64,000 nt of DNA. Origin: Desulfovibrio sp. GTDB lineage: Bacteria; Desulfobacterota; Desulfovibrionia; Desulfovibrionales; Desulfovibrionaceae. The notes under the pieces are model-generated. The model was not told the origin of the DNA and searched no databases. It was given only the letters and a program-made list of their open reading frames with translations. Below, in pieces: positions 37,374-46,378 of this stretch; within the stretch, counting starts at the first letter, position 1; each line of letters starts with the position of its first letter. The DNA is taken from NCBI GenBank assembly GCA_017454325.1, contig JAFTDG010000055.1, forward strand, positions 8,018 through 72,017, given 5' to 3'. Made by a program: the position numbers and the translations under genes.

Positions 37374-38561
37374 CTAGGAACGATAGTCTGCGTTCAGGCT
37401 TACATACTCATGCCCTAAATCTGATGCCTGAAAATCATAGCTGCCCTTTCCTGCTCCCAAAGTAATATCTATCTGGATATCCTTGTCTTTGAGCAGCATG
37501 CCTAAAGCTTCTTCCTTATCATCGTTGACAGGTTGGCCCTTGTGGAAACGTTCAATCCCACAAAGGCTAAGGCTGACTTCGTCTGGATTGAAGTGAGCTC
37601 CGCTGTAGCCTACTGCGGTAACAATACGACCCCAGTTGGCATCACCACCATAGATGGCCGTCTTGACCAGTTGAGAATGTCCCACAGAGCGCGCCACAAG
37701 TCTGGCATCAGCGTCGTCCATAGCTCCATGTACATGGATATGGATTACCTTTCCCGCCCCTTCTCCATCCATGACCAACATATGTGACACCATAGACAGA
37801 AGTTCCGTCAAAGTGTTCTCAAACGCTTCCAATGCATCCCTTTTGCTTACCGCCACGCCAGAGGCTCCATTGGCAAGTCCTAGTATGGTATCATTGGTGG
37901 AAGTATCTCCATCCACACTTACACGGTTAAAGGTAGCCTCAACAGCACGTCCAAACATGGCTTGCCACTGTTCACGGCCTATTGCAGCGTCAGTAAGGAC
38001 AACACAAAGCATAGTGGCCATGTTAGGACAAATCATACCAGCGCCTTTTGCCATAACCGTCAACCGTACCCAACCTCCATCCAAACTTACTTCACGCATT
38101 GCAAACTTAGGGAAAGCGTCCGTAGTCATGAAGGCCCTCGTGAAGCCCTCGGCATCGCGCGTACCAAGGCTCTCGATCAGTGCAGGCATGGCCGCAGCCC
38201 ACAGATCCATTTTAAGCTGCGCACCAATAACTCCAGTAGAAATGGGTAATACAGCTTCTGGTGCTAAGCCTAATCGCTCTGCCACCATACGTTGTGTCGT
38301 CCTGCAATTTACAACCCCCTGTTCTCCTGTGCATGCGTTAGCCTGACCGGAATTGGCAATCACAGCCTGTGCAGTTCCATAATTACGTAAAATCTCTCTG
38401 CAAATATGTACTGGAGCAGCACAGAACACGTTTTGCGTAAACAAGGCTGCAAGTACAGCCGGGCAATCCGACACTATTAAACCTAAATCATCCCGGCCTA
38501 GCTTCTTGAATCCTGCCTCCGCCGCTCCAGCACGGAAGCCTTTGGGTAAATCGTCAAACAT
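37374..38561 (-). CDS. argJ: bifunctional ornithine acetyltransferase / N-acetylglutamate synthase
   Basis: ATMLCVVLTDA autoproteolysis site, KGAGMI.PNM, and GGDANWGRI. Confidence 0.95.
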   Translation of the reverse strand: MFDDLPKGFRAGAAEAGFKKLGRDDLGLIVSDCPAVLAALFTQNVFCAAPVHICREILRNYGTAQAVIANSGQANACTGEQGVVNCRTTQRMVAERLGLAPEAVLPISTGVIGAQLKMDLWAAAMPALIESLGTRDAEGFTRAFMTTDAFPKFAMREVSLDGGWVRLTVMAKGAGMICPNMATMLCVVLTDAAIGREQWQAMFGRAVEATFNRVSVDGDTSTNDTILGLANGASGVAVSKRDALEAFENTLTELLSMVSHMLVMDGEGAGKVIHIHVHGAMDDADARLVARSVGHSQLVKTAIYGGDANWGRIVTAVGYSGAHFNPDEVSLSLCGIERFHKGQPVNDDKEEALGMLLKDKDIQIDITLGAGKGSYDFQASDLGHEYVSLNADYRS

Positions 38562-38608
38562 ATGTTGCTCTCCCTAGCATGTAGCGGAAGTGGTTTTCTT
38601 CTAATACC

Positions 38609-38636
38609 AGAGATGCGCCGTTGTCGGCGCATCTCT
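38609..38636 (-). terminator. perfect 12-bp hairpin (AGAGATGCGCCG-TTGT-CGGCGCATCTCT) downstream of fusA
   Basis: Read directly from the sequence, 80 nt after the fusA stop and before argJ. No clear U-tract on the minus strand. Confidence 0.45.
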
Positions 38637-38715
38637 ACTTTATACTCTTTCAAAAAAGAATGCGAAAAAAACGGAATCCTTCTCAAAAGATATTCGTGTT
38701 GCTCCAATAAAAATT

Positions 38716-40794
38716 TTAGCTTCGCGACTTTTGAATTTCATCAGAAATGGCTTGGGGTACACGTTCATAGTGATCAAACTGCATGGTGAAAGTAGCCCGT
38801 CCCTGGGTACGAGAACGCAAATCAGTCGCATAACCAAACATAGAGGCCAAAGGTACTTGCGCTCGTACGCTTTGCACTCCACCCGCCCGAGCATCCATAT
38901 TCTGTACACGGCCACGACGCCCATTAAGGTCACCCATTACGTCACCCAGGTATTCTTCAGGCGTGACCACTTCCACATCCATAATGGGCTCCAGTAGTAC
39001 GGGACTTGCCTTTTTCATAGCGTCCTTGATAGCCATGGAGCCTGCTACATAAAACGCCTGTTCAGAAGAGTCCACCTCGTGGTACGAACCAAAGACCAGA
39101 TTGACCTTAACGTCAACCACTGGGAATCCCGCTAAAACGCCGGACTTAAGGGCATCTTGGATGCCTTTATCTACCGCAGGAATATACTCCTTGGGAATGA
39201 CCCCGCCGGTGATGGAATTGATAAATTCATATCCCTTGGCCGGATTGGGTTCCACCTCAATGACTACATGTCCGTACTGGCCACGGCCACCAGACTGTTT
39301 TGCGTACTTAAGGTCAGACTTGGAAGGCTTGGATATAGTTTCGCGATAAGCCACCTGCGGCTTGCCCACATTGGCATTGACGTTAAATTCACGAGTAAGG
39401 CGATCAACAATAATCTCCAAATGCAATTCGCCCATACCGGCGATGAGCGTCTGATTAGTCTCTTCATCGCCTTTTACACGAAAAGAGGGATCTTCCTTCG
39501 CCAGCTTATTAAGTGCCGCAGATAGTGCGTCACGGTCAGCTTTTGTCTTGGGTTCAATGGCAACTTCTATGACTGGCTCGGGAATATTGAGAGATTCAAG
39601 GATAACCTCACGTTTTTCATCACAAAGAGTATCCCCAGTTGAGGCATTCTTCAATCCAACCAATGCCACAATATCACCTGCACCAGCCCATTTGACATCT
39701 TCACGTTTATTAGCATGCATTTTGAGAATACGGCCGATACGTTCACGTTTTGTAGTATTGGCGTTGTAAACTGTCATGCCTGATTCCAGATAGCCAGAAT
39801 AAATGCGGAAGAACGACAGGTGACCAATGAACGGGTCAGAGAAAAGCTTGAAAACCAAGCCGGCCAAAGGCTCTTTATCATCACAATGGCACTCAACAAT
39901 CTCATCTTCATTGCCCGGCACATGGCCAGGCGTGGGTGGAATATCCACAGGGGAAGGAAGATAGTCTACCACGGCATCAAGCAGAGGTTGTACGCCCATG
40001 TTACGAAAAGCAGAACCCAGCAGTACAGGCACGATATTACGAGCAATGGTAGCCTTGCGTATGCAGGAGATAATCTCTTCTTCCGTGAGGGTTTCTCCAC
40101 CAAGATATTTCTCCAGCAGGGCTTCATCTTCCTCTGCGACCGCTTCCAAGAGCTCGTGATGTTTTTCATCAAATAGCGCTTTCATTTCGGAGGGAACATC
40201 CTCCACAGAGAATTGAGCGCCTTTTGTGGACTTATCAAACCGGATAGCATGGCCACGTACCAAGTCAACCACACCCTCAAATTTATCTTCACTTCCTATA
40301 GGAAGCTGTAAAGGTACGGCCTTGGCGCCAAGACGTTCGTGAATCATATTCACACAGCGAAAGAAGTCTGCCCCGATACGGTCCATCTTGTTGACAAAAC
40401 AGACTCTTGGGACATGATAGCGGTCAGCCTGACGCCAAACTGTTTCTGACTGCGGTTCCACGCCTGCCACGGCATCAAACACACACACTGCACCATCCAA
40501 AACACGCAGAGAACGTTCTACCTCAATGGTAAAATCCACATGTCCGGGAGTATCAATGATGTTGATACGACAGTCTTTCCAAAAACAGGTGGTCGCGGCT
40601 GATGTAATGGTGATACCGCGCTCTTGTTCCTGTTCCATCCAGTCCATGGTAGATTCGCCGTCATGCGTTTCGCCAATTTTGTGATTAACGCCGGTATAAA
40701 AGAGAATGCGCTCAGTGGTGGTGGTCTTGCCAGCGTCAATATGGGCCATAATGCCAATATTACGCTGCTTGTCTACGGGGGTGGTGCGAGACAC
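38716..40794 (-). CDS. fusA: translation elongation factor G
   Basis: [22 protein letters not shown] and NKMD. Full-length EF-G. GTG start follows GGGAGGA. Located downstream of rpsL-rpsG. Confidence 0.97.
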   Translation of the reverse strand: MSRTTPVDKQRNIGIMAHIDAGKTTTTERILFYTGVNHKIGETHDGESTMDWMEQEQERGITITSAATTCFWKDCRINIIDTPGHVDFTIEVERSLRVLDGAVCVFDAVAGVEPQSETVWRQADRYHVPRVCFVNKMDRIGADFFRCVNMIHERLGAKAVPLQLPIGSEDKFEGVVDLVRGHAIRFDKSTKGAQFSVEDVPSEMKALFDEKHHELLEAVAEEDEALLEKYLGGETLTEEEIISCIRKATIARNIVPVLLGSAFRNMGVQPLLDAVVDYLPSPVDIPPTPGHVPGNEDEIVECHCDDKEPLAGLVFKLFSDPFIGHLSFFRIYSGYLESGMTVYNANTTKRERIGRILKMHANKREDVKWAGAGDIVALVGLKNASTGDTLCDEKREVILESLNIPEPVIEVAIEPKTKADRDALSAALNKLAKEDPSFRVKGDEETNQTLIAGMGELHLEIIVDRLTREFNVNANVGKPQVAYRETISKPSKSDLKYAKQSGGRGQYGHVVIEVEPNPAKGYEFINSITGGVIPKEYIPAVDKGIQDALKSGVLAGFPVVDVKVNLVFGSYHEVDSSEQAFYVAGSMAIKDAMKKASPVLLEPIMDVEVVTPEEYLGDVMGDLNGRRGRVQNMDARAGGVQSVRAQVPLASMFGYATDLRSRTQGRATFTMQFDHYERVPQAISDEIQKSRS

Positions 40795-40878
40795 GGTAGT
40801 TCCTCCCTCAAAACGGTCCCTCAGCTTAAAATCTGGGGCATGCCGTTCCGACTGCGGATGCTTTTGTGGTGTAAAGGC

Positions 40879-40906
40879 GACGCCGCTTCCTAGCGGACGC
40901 GGCGTC
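40879..40906 (-). other. GC-rich hairpin in the 142-nt rpsG-fusA spacer
   Basis: GACGCCGC...GCGGCGTC outer stem with an alternative inner hairpin CCGCT-TCCT-AGCGG. Read directly from the sequence. Confidence 0.35.
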
Positions 40907-40936
40907 GTGTATCAAGCTGACAAAGGAAGGTTCGCA

Positions 40937-41407
40937 TTACCAGCGGTAGTGGGCGAAAGCCTTGTTAGCATCGGCCATGCGGTGTGTATCTTCACGCTTC
41001 TTTACCGCACCACCGCGCCCGTTATAGGCATCCAGCAGTTCAGCGGAGAGCTTAGCGGTCATGCCTTTTTCACCGCGGGAACGGGCATAGTTGATAAGCC
41101 AACGGATGGAAAGGGAAACCTGTCGCTCCGGCCGCACTTCCATGGGCACCTGATAGGTTGCTCCACCCACACGGCGGGCCTTGACTTCCATATGTGGTTT
41201 CACATTGTCCAAAGCCTTTTCAAAGGCACGCATCGGATCTTCGCCGGTCTTTTCAGCTAGTGCTTCCAGAGAACTATAAAAAATTTTTTCGGCTGCGCCT
41301 TTTTTGCCATTGTACATAAGCCGATTCACAAATTTAGTGACAAGCCGGCTGGAATACATAGGATCGGGCAGCACTTCCCTCTTGGGGACAGGACCTTTAC
41401 GTGGCAT
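40937..41407 (-). CDS. rpsG: 30S ribosomal protein S7
   Basis: [16 protein letters not shown]... is full-length S7. ATG 41407 follows AAGGAG. The track ORF is extended by 12 codons. Confidence 0.97.
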   Translation of the reverse strand: MPRKGPVPKREVLPDPMYSSRLVTKFVNRLMYNGKKGAAEKIFYSSLEALAEKTGEDPMRAFEKALDNVKPHMEVKARRVGGATYQVPMEVRPERQVSLSIRWLINYARSRGEKGMTAKLSAELLDAYNGRGGAVKKREDTHRMADANKAFAHYRW

Positions 41408-41506
41408 GGGGTTACTCCTTACATAAGGAAACGGCGTCACCAACCCCGCATCATCAGCGCACTAAAGCAGCCGGATGATACATGGCGCACGCCAATGATA
41501 AAAAAG

Positions 41507-41878
41507 TTATTTGGGACGTTTTGCACCGTATTTAGAACGGCTTTTACGACGATCTGTCACACCAGAAGTATCAAGTGTACCACGGACAATGTGATAACGA
41601 ACACCGGGCAGGTCTTTCACGCGACCTCCACGGATAATCACCACAGAGTGCTCCTGCAGATTATGGCCTTCGCCAGGGATGTAGGCCGTAACTTCGATGC
41701 CATTTGTTAAACGCACACGAGCGACCTTACGCAAAGCAGAATTCGGCTTTTTGGGAGTTGTGGTATACACGCGTGTACAAACGCCCCGACGCTGCGGGCA
41801 AGCCTGCAGAGCTGGGGTTTTTTTGCGTTTCACCACGGCCTTCCGCTCAATGCGGATAAGCTGATTAATCGTGGGCAT
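41507..41878 (-). CDS. rpsL: 30S ribosomal protein S12
   Basis: MPTINQLIR...[10 protein letters not shown]...[15 protein letters not shown] 41878 follows GGAGGAAG. Confidence 0.97.
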   Translation of the reverse strand: MPTINQLIRIERKAVVKRKKTPALQACPQRRGVCTRVYTTTPKKPNSALRKVARVRLTNGIEVTAYIPGEGHNLQEHSVVIIRGGRVKDLPGVRYHIVRGTLDTSGVTDRRKSRSKYGAKRPK

Positions 41879-41991
41879 GAATGCTTCCTCCATAGAATTA
41901 GTTTGCACATGGGTACCTTCATGACAAACTTTTGAGCGGTAATCCATAGCCTGTCCTGGCTCCTCTGTCAATAGAGGGCACAGAATACTAG

Positions 41992-44658
41992 CTATTCTTC
42001 TTCCAGCGCTTCAGCAAAACGTACGCGCAAGGCATACATTTTAGTCTTAGTATCCAACAGTTTTTCTGCTCGCTCACGCTCACGCTGCACTACATCTGCT
42101 GGTGCACGGCTAATAAAGCCTTCATTGTGCAGTTTCTTATTGGCACTCACCAAATCCTTTTCAAGCTTGTCCAGTTCCTTGTCCAGCCGAGAGAGCTCTC
42201 CCTTAAGATCCACCGTACCTTTGAGAGGTACAATGACCTGGCATCCTTCCACCACTGCCGAAGCGGAGGCCTTAGGGGTTTGCACTTCCATGCCAATGGT
42301 CAGTGTTTCAAGCCGAGCCAAGGTAACTAGACAAGGGCGATTCTGTTCCAAAAGCTCAGCTTGAGCGGCATCAACTGGATGAAGAAGCAAAGTAGCCTTG
42401 TGGGCCGGGCTGATGCCTAACTCAGCCTTTATTGTGCGCACAGCCACAATAACGCCTTGGATAAACTCCATCTTTGAGGCCTCGCCCGGACGTTCACACT
42501 CGGGGCGGAAAGAAGGATAAGGTTCCTTTGCAATATCCGTCACGCCTGTCCCAGATTGCACCGGCAAAGCTGCCCAAATTTCTGCAGTAACAAATGGCAC
42601 CATTGGATGCAGCAGTATGAGCAGTTCGCGCAAGCTGAGCCACAACACATACTGTGCAGTAGACTTGCGTGCGACATCATCACTTTGCATATCTGGCTTG
42701 ATGAGTTCCAGATACCAATCACAAAACTCACTCCATAGAAATTTATAGCCCAGCTGTGCAGCGTCATTAAAACGGTATTCTTCCAATGCCTTGTCCATCT
42801 CATGCTTGACAACTTCAAGCCGATGCAACAGCCATTGATGGTGCAGTCCCAGTACTGCTGCTGGTGCCACAGGGGAAGGTGCCTGCTCTGGCAGATTCAT
42901 AAGGGCGAAGCGAGCCGCATTCCAGAGTTTATTTATAAAATGGCGATAGCCCTCAATGCGTTCTTCGGAAAGTCGGATATCGCGCCCCATGGCGGCAAAA
43001 GCCGTGAGCGTGAATCGCAGAGCATCGCAACCATATTTGGCGATCATTTCAAGGGGATTAATGACATTGCCCGTCGATTTAGACATCTTGCGGCCCGTAG
43101 CGTCACGTACCAGTGCGTGCAGGTACACGTGGGCAAAAGGAGGCTTGCCCATAAAGTGCAGCCCCATCATCATCATGCGGGCCACCCAAAAAAAGAGTAT
43201 GTCGAACCCCGTCACCAGCACGCTTGTGGGGAACCAACGATGGAGATCCTTGGTATCATCAGGCCAGCCCATAGTAGAGAATGGCCAAAGGGCTGAAGAG
43301 AACCATGTGTCCAGGACGTCCTCTTCCTGTTTAAGATTATGGCCGCCACACTTGGGACACGAAACAGGAGTTTCCTCGGCAACAATAAGTTCGCCGCAAT
43401 CTTGGCAGGTCCAAGCTGGGATACGATGTCCCCACCAGATCTGACGGCTGATGCACCAGTCACGGATATTGTCCAACCAGTGATAATACGTCTTGAGCCA
43501 GGCTTCAGGAAATATCTGTGTAAGAGAGGGCACAGCATCGCGCGCAGCAGGAGCCAGTTTTGTAGAAGCAACAAACCATTGAGTGGAAACATGCGGCTCA
43601 ACCACGGTATGACATCGGTAGCAATGCCCGACTGCATGATCCAGCTCTTCAACACCTTCCAAAAGGCCAACTGCTTCCATATCAGCAACAATCTTTCTTC
43701 GGCAGTCCTCTTTGGAAAGGCCGGCGTATGGCCCGGACTCCGGCTTCATGATGCCGTTTTCATCAATGACCTGAATGAAGGCCAAACTGTGCTTCTGGCC
43801 AAGCGACCAGTCGTTATGGTCATGGCAAGGAGTAACCTTCAGAGCTCCGGTACCAAACTCACGATCCACATAACTATCTGCAATGATAGGAATTTCACGA
43901 CCCAAGATTGGCACAACAACAGTCTTCCCCACAAGATTGGCATAACGTTCGTCTTCTGGATGTACGCAGACGGCAGTATCACCGGGAATGGTTTCAGGCC
44001 TAGTGGTAGCCACAGTGATATAACCTGAGCCGTCGGTCAATGCATAACGAACTTTCCACAAATTGCCCCGATGTTGTTCATGCTCCACTTCGTCATCGGC
44101 TAGTGCTGTATGGCAGCGTGAGCACCAATTGATAATATAGTCTCCCTTATAGATAAGACCTTCTTTGTAGAGGCGTACAAAAACCTTGCGTACTGCAGCA
44201 GAAAGGCCCTCATCCATGGTGAATCGCAGTCGCGTCCAGTCCACGGAAGCCCCAAGGGCGGATATCTGGTCGAGGATACGGTGCCCATAATCCTCACGCC
44301 AAGCCCAAACCCGCTCTATAAATTTCTCACGGCCAAGGTCACGGCGAGTTTTTCCTTCCTTGGCAAGAGCACGCTCCACTACGTTTTGCGTGGCAATTCC
44401 CGCATGGTCCGTACCTGGTACCCAGAGCACATTCTTGCCTTTTTGCCTGGCGTGACGACATAGTACATCAATAAGGGTCAAGTTAAGTGCGTGACCAATG
44501 TGCAGCGCGCCTGTAACATTCGGTGGCGGAATGACAATGGAGTACGCTTCACCCTCGTCGTCCGGATCTGGCGAAAAAGTCCTGTCTTCCTCCCAGTGTT
44601 TACGCCACCGGGCTTCAACATTCTGGGGTTCATAGCCCTTAGGTAAGGTATCGGCCAT
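41992..44658 (-). CDS. valS: valine--tRNA ligase
   Basis: [13 protein letters not shown] (HIGH), KMSKSTGN (KMSKS), and a C-terminal coiled coil. ATG 44658 follows GGAGAAAG. Confidence 0.97.
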   Translation of the reverse strand: MADTLPKGYEPQNVEARWRKHWEEDRTFSPDPDDEGEAYSIVIPPPNVTGALHIGHALNLTLIDVLCRHARQKGKNVLWVPGTDHAGIATQNVVERALAKEGKTRRDLGREKFIERVWAWREDYGHRILDQISALGASVDWTRLRFTMDEGLSAAVRKVFVRLYKEGLIYKGDYIINWCSRCHTALADDEVEHEQHRGNLWKVRYALTDGSGYITVATTRPETIPGDTAVCVHPEDERYANLVGKTVVVPILGREIPIIADSYVDREFGTGALKVTPCHDHNDWSLGQKHSLAFIQVIDENGIMKPESGPYAGLSKEDCRRKIVADMEAVGLLEGVEELDHAVGHCYRCHTVVEPHVSTQWFVASTKLAPAARDAVPSLTQIFPEAWLKTYYHWLDNIRDWCISRQIWWGHRIPAWTCQDCGELIVAEETPVSCPKCGGHNLKQEEDVLDTWFSSALWPFSTMGWPDDTKDLHRWFPTSVLVTGFDILFFWVARMMMMGLHFMGKPPFAHVYLHALVRDATGRKMSKSTGNVINPLEMIAKYGCDALRFTLTAFAAMGRDIRLSEERIEGYRHFINKLWNAARFALMNLPEQAPSPVAPAAVLGLHHQWLLHRLEVVKHEMDKALEEYRFNDAAQLGYKFLWSEFCDWYLELIKPDMQSDDVARKSTAQYVLWLSLRELLILLHPMVPFVTAEIWAALPVQSGTGVTDIAKEPYPSFRPECERPGEASKMEFIQGVIVAVRTIKAELGISPAHKATLLLHPVDAAQAELLEQNRPCLVTLARLETLTIGMEVQTPKASASAVVEGCQVIVPLKGTVDLKGELSRLDKELDKLEKDLVSANKKLHNEGFISRAPADVVQRERERAEKLLDTKTKMYALRVRFAEALEEE

Positions 44659-44693
44659 CTTGCTTTCTCCATAAAAGACGGCGATAGTATGGC

Positions 44694-46025
44694 ATGATCT
44701 TCGCCAAGCAGCCAATTTTTATTCTTTGGGATGAGTCCCATATCTGGGGACTCATGGCTTGGCGCGCCGTACGCGCACTGGGGCTGCCCTGCCGTCTAGT
44801 TAAGGGGAATGAAATAGCCGAAGGTACGCTTTTACGCAAGCCGCAAAACACGCGCTCGGGTTGTACACATACAGGTATGTTGCTGGTACCTGGTGGCAAT
44901 GCCCGCCTCAAGGCATACGCTCTTGGTTCTGCTGGTCGCGAAGCCATTCGCTACTGGCTCGCAGCTGGTGGGAACTATCTCGGCTTCTGTGGTGGTGCCG
45001 GTCTCGCCCTGACACAGACTCAACCGGACGAAGGCCTGAACATTTGCCCCTGGACACGAGCAAACTACCCCCAACGCCTGAATCATCTAATATCAGGCCA
45101 TGTACAGTCACATGTTACTCTCGGTCACGCATTCTCTCCAAAATCTCCTGTACCTGCAGATGAACTACTCTCTTTACCCGTATGGTGGCCGGGACAATTT
45201 GCCCAACAAAAATGCCCAAATGTACAGGTGCTTGGGGTTTGCCACAGACCAGACAAAGATTTTTGGATTGCCGATTTACCCATGCAACAACTGCCCAGCG
45301 GTACTATTGAACATTGGCGAACCCTGTATGGCGTCAACCTTTCAGCAGATTTTCTGGAAGGGCAACCTCTTGTGATCACTGGAACTTATGGTTCTGGTCG
45401 TTATGTCTTGAGCTATTCACACCTGGAAACTCCGCACAGTCCAATGGCCAACACATGGCTGGCCCAAATACTCGCTAATATGACACAACTTGTCCCCAAA
45501 AACGACCAAGTGCCCCTGTGGCAACTACGACACCCACATATATCATGGCCCGATTACCGCGAACGTACTCTACTGATGGATGCCCTTCGGCATATGCGTG
45601 ACCTCCTTGACCTCGCGGTGGAACACCATCTTTTCTTTGCACGTACCCACTGGCTGTGGGGCTGGCGCACAAGTCTGCCCGGCGCGAGCTGTAACCATTT
45701 GCACGCTGCACTATGTTCTGTGCTGGCGCTAAAACCCACATCCGCAGCGCGAATCTACTGGAGAGAGATGGCGACACGATTTGCCGCACTGGAACACATT
45801 TTTATGTCAGGTGCAGAAGAATATTTTTTAGCCTGCCGTTTAGCAGAAACACTTAGCCCCTCATTGCCCGATACTGTGGAAAAACGCTGGTTGGATCATC
45901 AACGCGAATCCTTATTTGGCCATCCCATGTACGGTGGCGGCATTCTATCAGAACTGCTTTCCATTATTGAGGAAATCATCTACCTCTCACAAGATAATGC
46001 CTTGACAGATACAGATGTTCTTTGA
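44694..46025 (+). CDS. hypothetical protein with an N-terminal class-I glutamine-amidotransferase-like (BPL_N-like) fold and a helical C-terminal half
   Basis: PIFILWDES...LLVPGGNA...GGNYLGFCGGAGLAL resembles the strand-loop pattern of the BPL_N/GATase1-like family. This is pattern recall only and was not searched. Confidence 0.4.
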   Translation: MIFAKQPIFILWDESHIWGLMAWRAVRALGLPCRLVKGNEIAEGTLLRKPQNTRSGCTHTGMLLVPGGNARLKAYALGSAGREAIRYWLAAGGNYLGFCGGAGLALTQTQPDEGLNICPWTRANYPQRLNHLISGHVQSHVTLGHAFSPKSPVPADELLSLPVWWPGQFAQQKCPNVQVLGVCHRPDKDFWIADLPMQQLPSGTIEHWRTLYGVNLSADFLEGQPLVITGTYGSGRYVLSYSHLETPHSPMANTWLAQILANMTQLVPKNDQVPLWQLRHPHISWPDYRERTLLMDALRHMRDLLDLAVEHHLFFARTHWLWGWRTSLPGASCNHLHAALCSVLALKPTSAARIYWREMATRFAALEHIFMSGAEEYFLACRLAETLSPSLPDTVEKRWLDHQRESLFGHPMYGGGILSELLSIIEEIIYLSQDNALTDTDVL

Positions 46026-46121
46026 CTTTTATTCATACGCATCATATTCATACATTTCATGACGCAGTATTATTAATATATAGCGCTATAATATATATAA
46101 TAATTCACTGTTTAACTTAAA

Positions 46122-46138
46122 CATTACATTATGTAATG
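46122..46138. repeat. 17-bp perfect palindrome CATTACAT-T-ATGTAATG
   Basis: Read directly from the sequence. Confidence 0.7.
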
Positions 46139-46162
46139 ACAATATAAAATATACTTTGATTA

Positions 46163-46186
46163 TTATAAAATTATTTATAAAATTAT
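46163..46186. repeat. perfect tandem duplication of the 12-mer TTATAAAATTAT
   Basis: Read directly from the sequence (46163-46174 equals 46175-46186). Confidence 0.7.
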
Positions 46187-46260
46187 AAATAAGTTATTAC
46201 TTATAATGATTTCATTACACACATACTCAACAATATCAACTACAAATATTTACATATACT

Positions 46261-46293
46261 GTGATGCAACAAAGTTATAAATTACTGCATCAC
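46261..46293. repeat. inverted repeat GTGATGCA-N17-TGCATCAC
   Basis: Read directly from the sequence. It lies just upstream of the putative -35 element. Confidence 0.65.
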
Positions 46294-46306
46294 TGAATAA
46301 TGTTGC

Positions 46307-46335
46307 TAGACAAATAACACGATATCATTTATAAT
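46307..46335 (+). promoter_or_regulatory. putative sigma-70-type promoter TAGACA-N17-TATAAT
   Basis: Perfect -10 hexamer at 46330-46335 and a 4/6 -35 match at 46307-46312 with a 17-nt spacer. It lies about 44 nt upstream of ATG 46379. Confidence 0.4.
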
Positions 46336-46378
46336 AAAGAATATATTTATTGATTATTCTTGCACCACAGGTCAAAAA

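Larger units (their letters stand above)
46026..46378 (+). promoter_or_regulatory. 353-bp extremely AT-rich intergenic region upstream of the AT-CP-DH operon
   Basis: Hand count for 46021-46380 gives 76 G+C out of 360, about 21%. One 60-nt line has only 4 G+C. The region contains a palindrome, a tandem 12-mer and an inverted repeat. Confidence 0.6.

Noticed and set aside
37771-38346. 191-aa ORF antisense to argJ. Similar cases are 43339-44028 (antisense to valS), 48067-48711 (antisense to the AT-CP-DH gene), 40706-41260 and 56194-56814.
   Set aside because: All are embedded antisense to genes with clear family motifs. Their sequences are Ser/Pro/Arg-rich with no recognisable domains.
46026-46378. 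Considered the AT-rich spacer as a CRISPR leader, replication origin, or IS/prophage scar.
   Set aside because: There is no adjacent repeat-spacer array, no DnaA-box clusters that I could recognise, no terminal inverted repeats bracketing a mobile gene, and no flanking direct duplication. It is retained only as a probable regulatory region.
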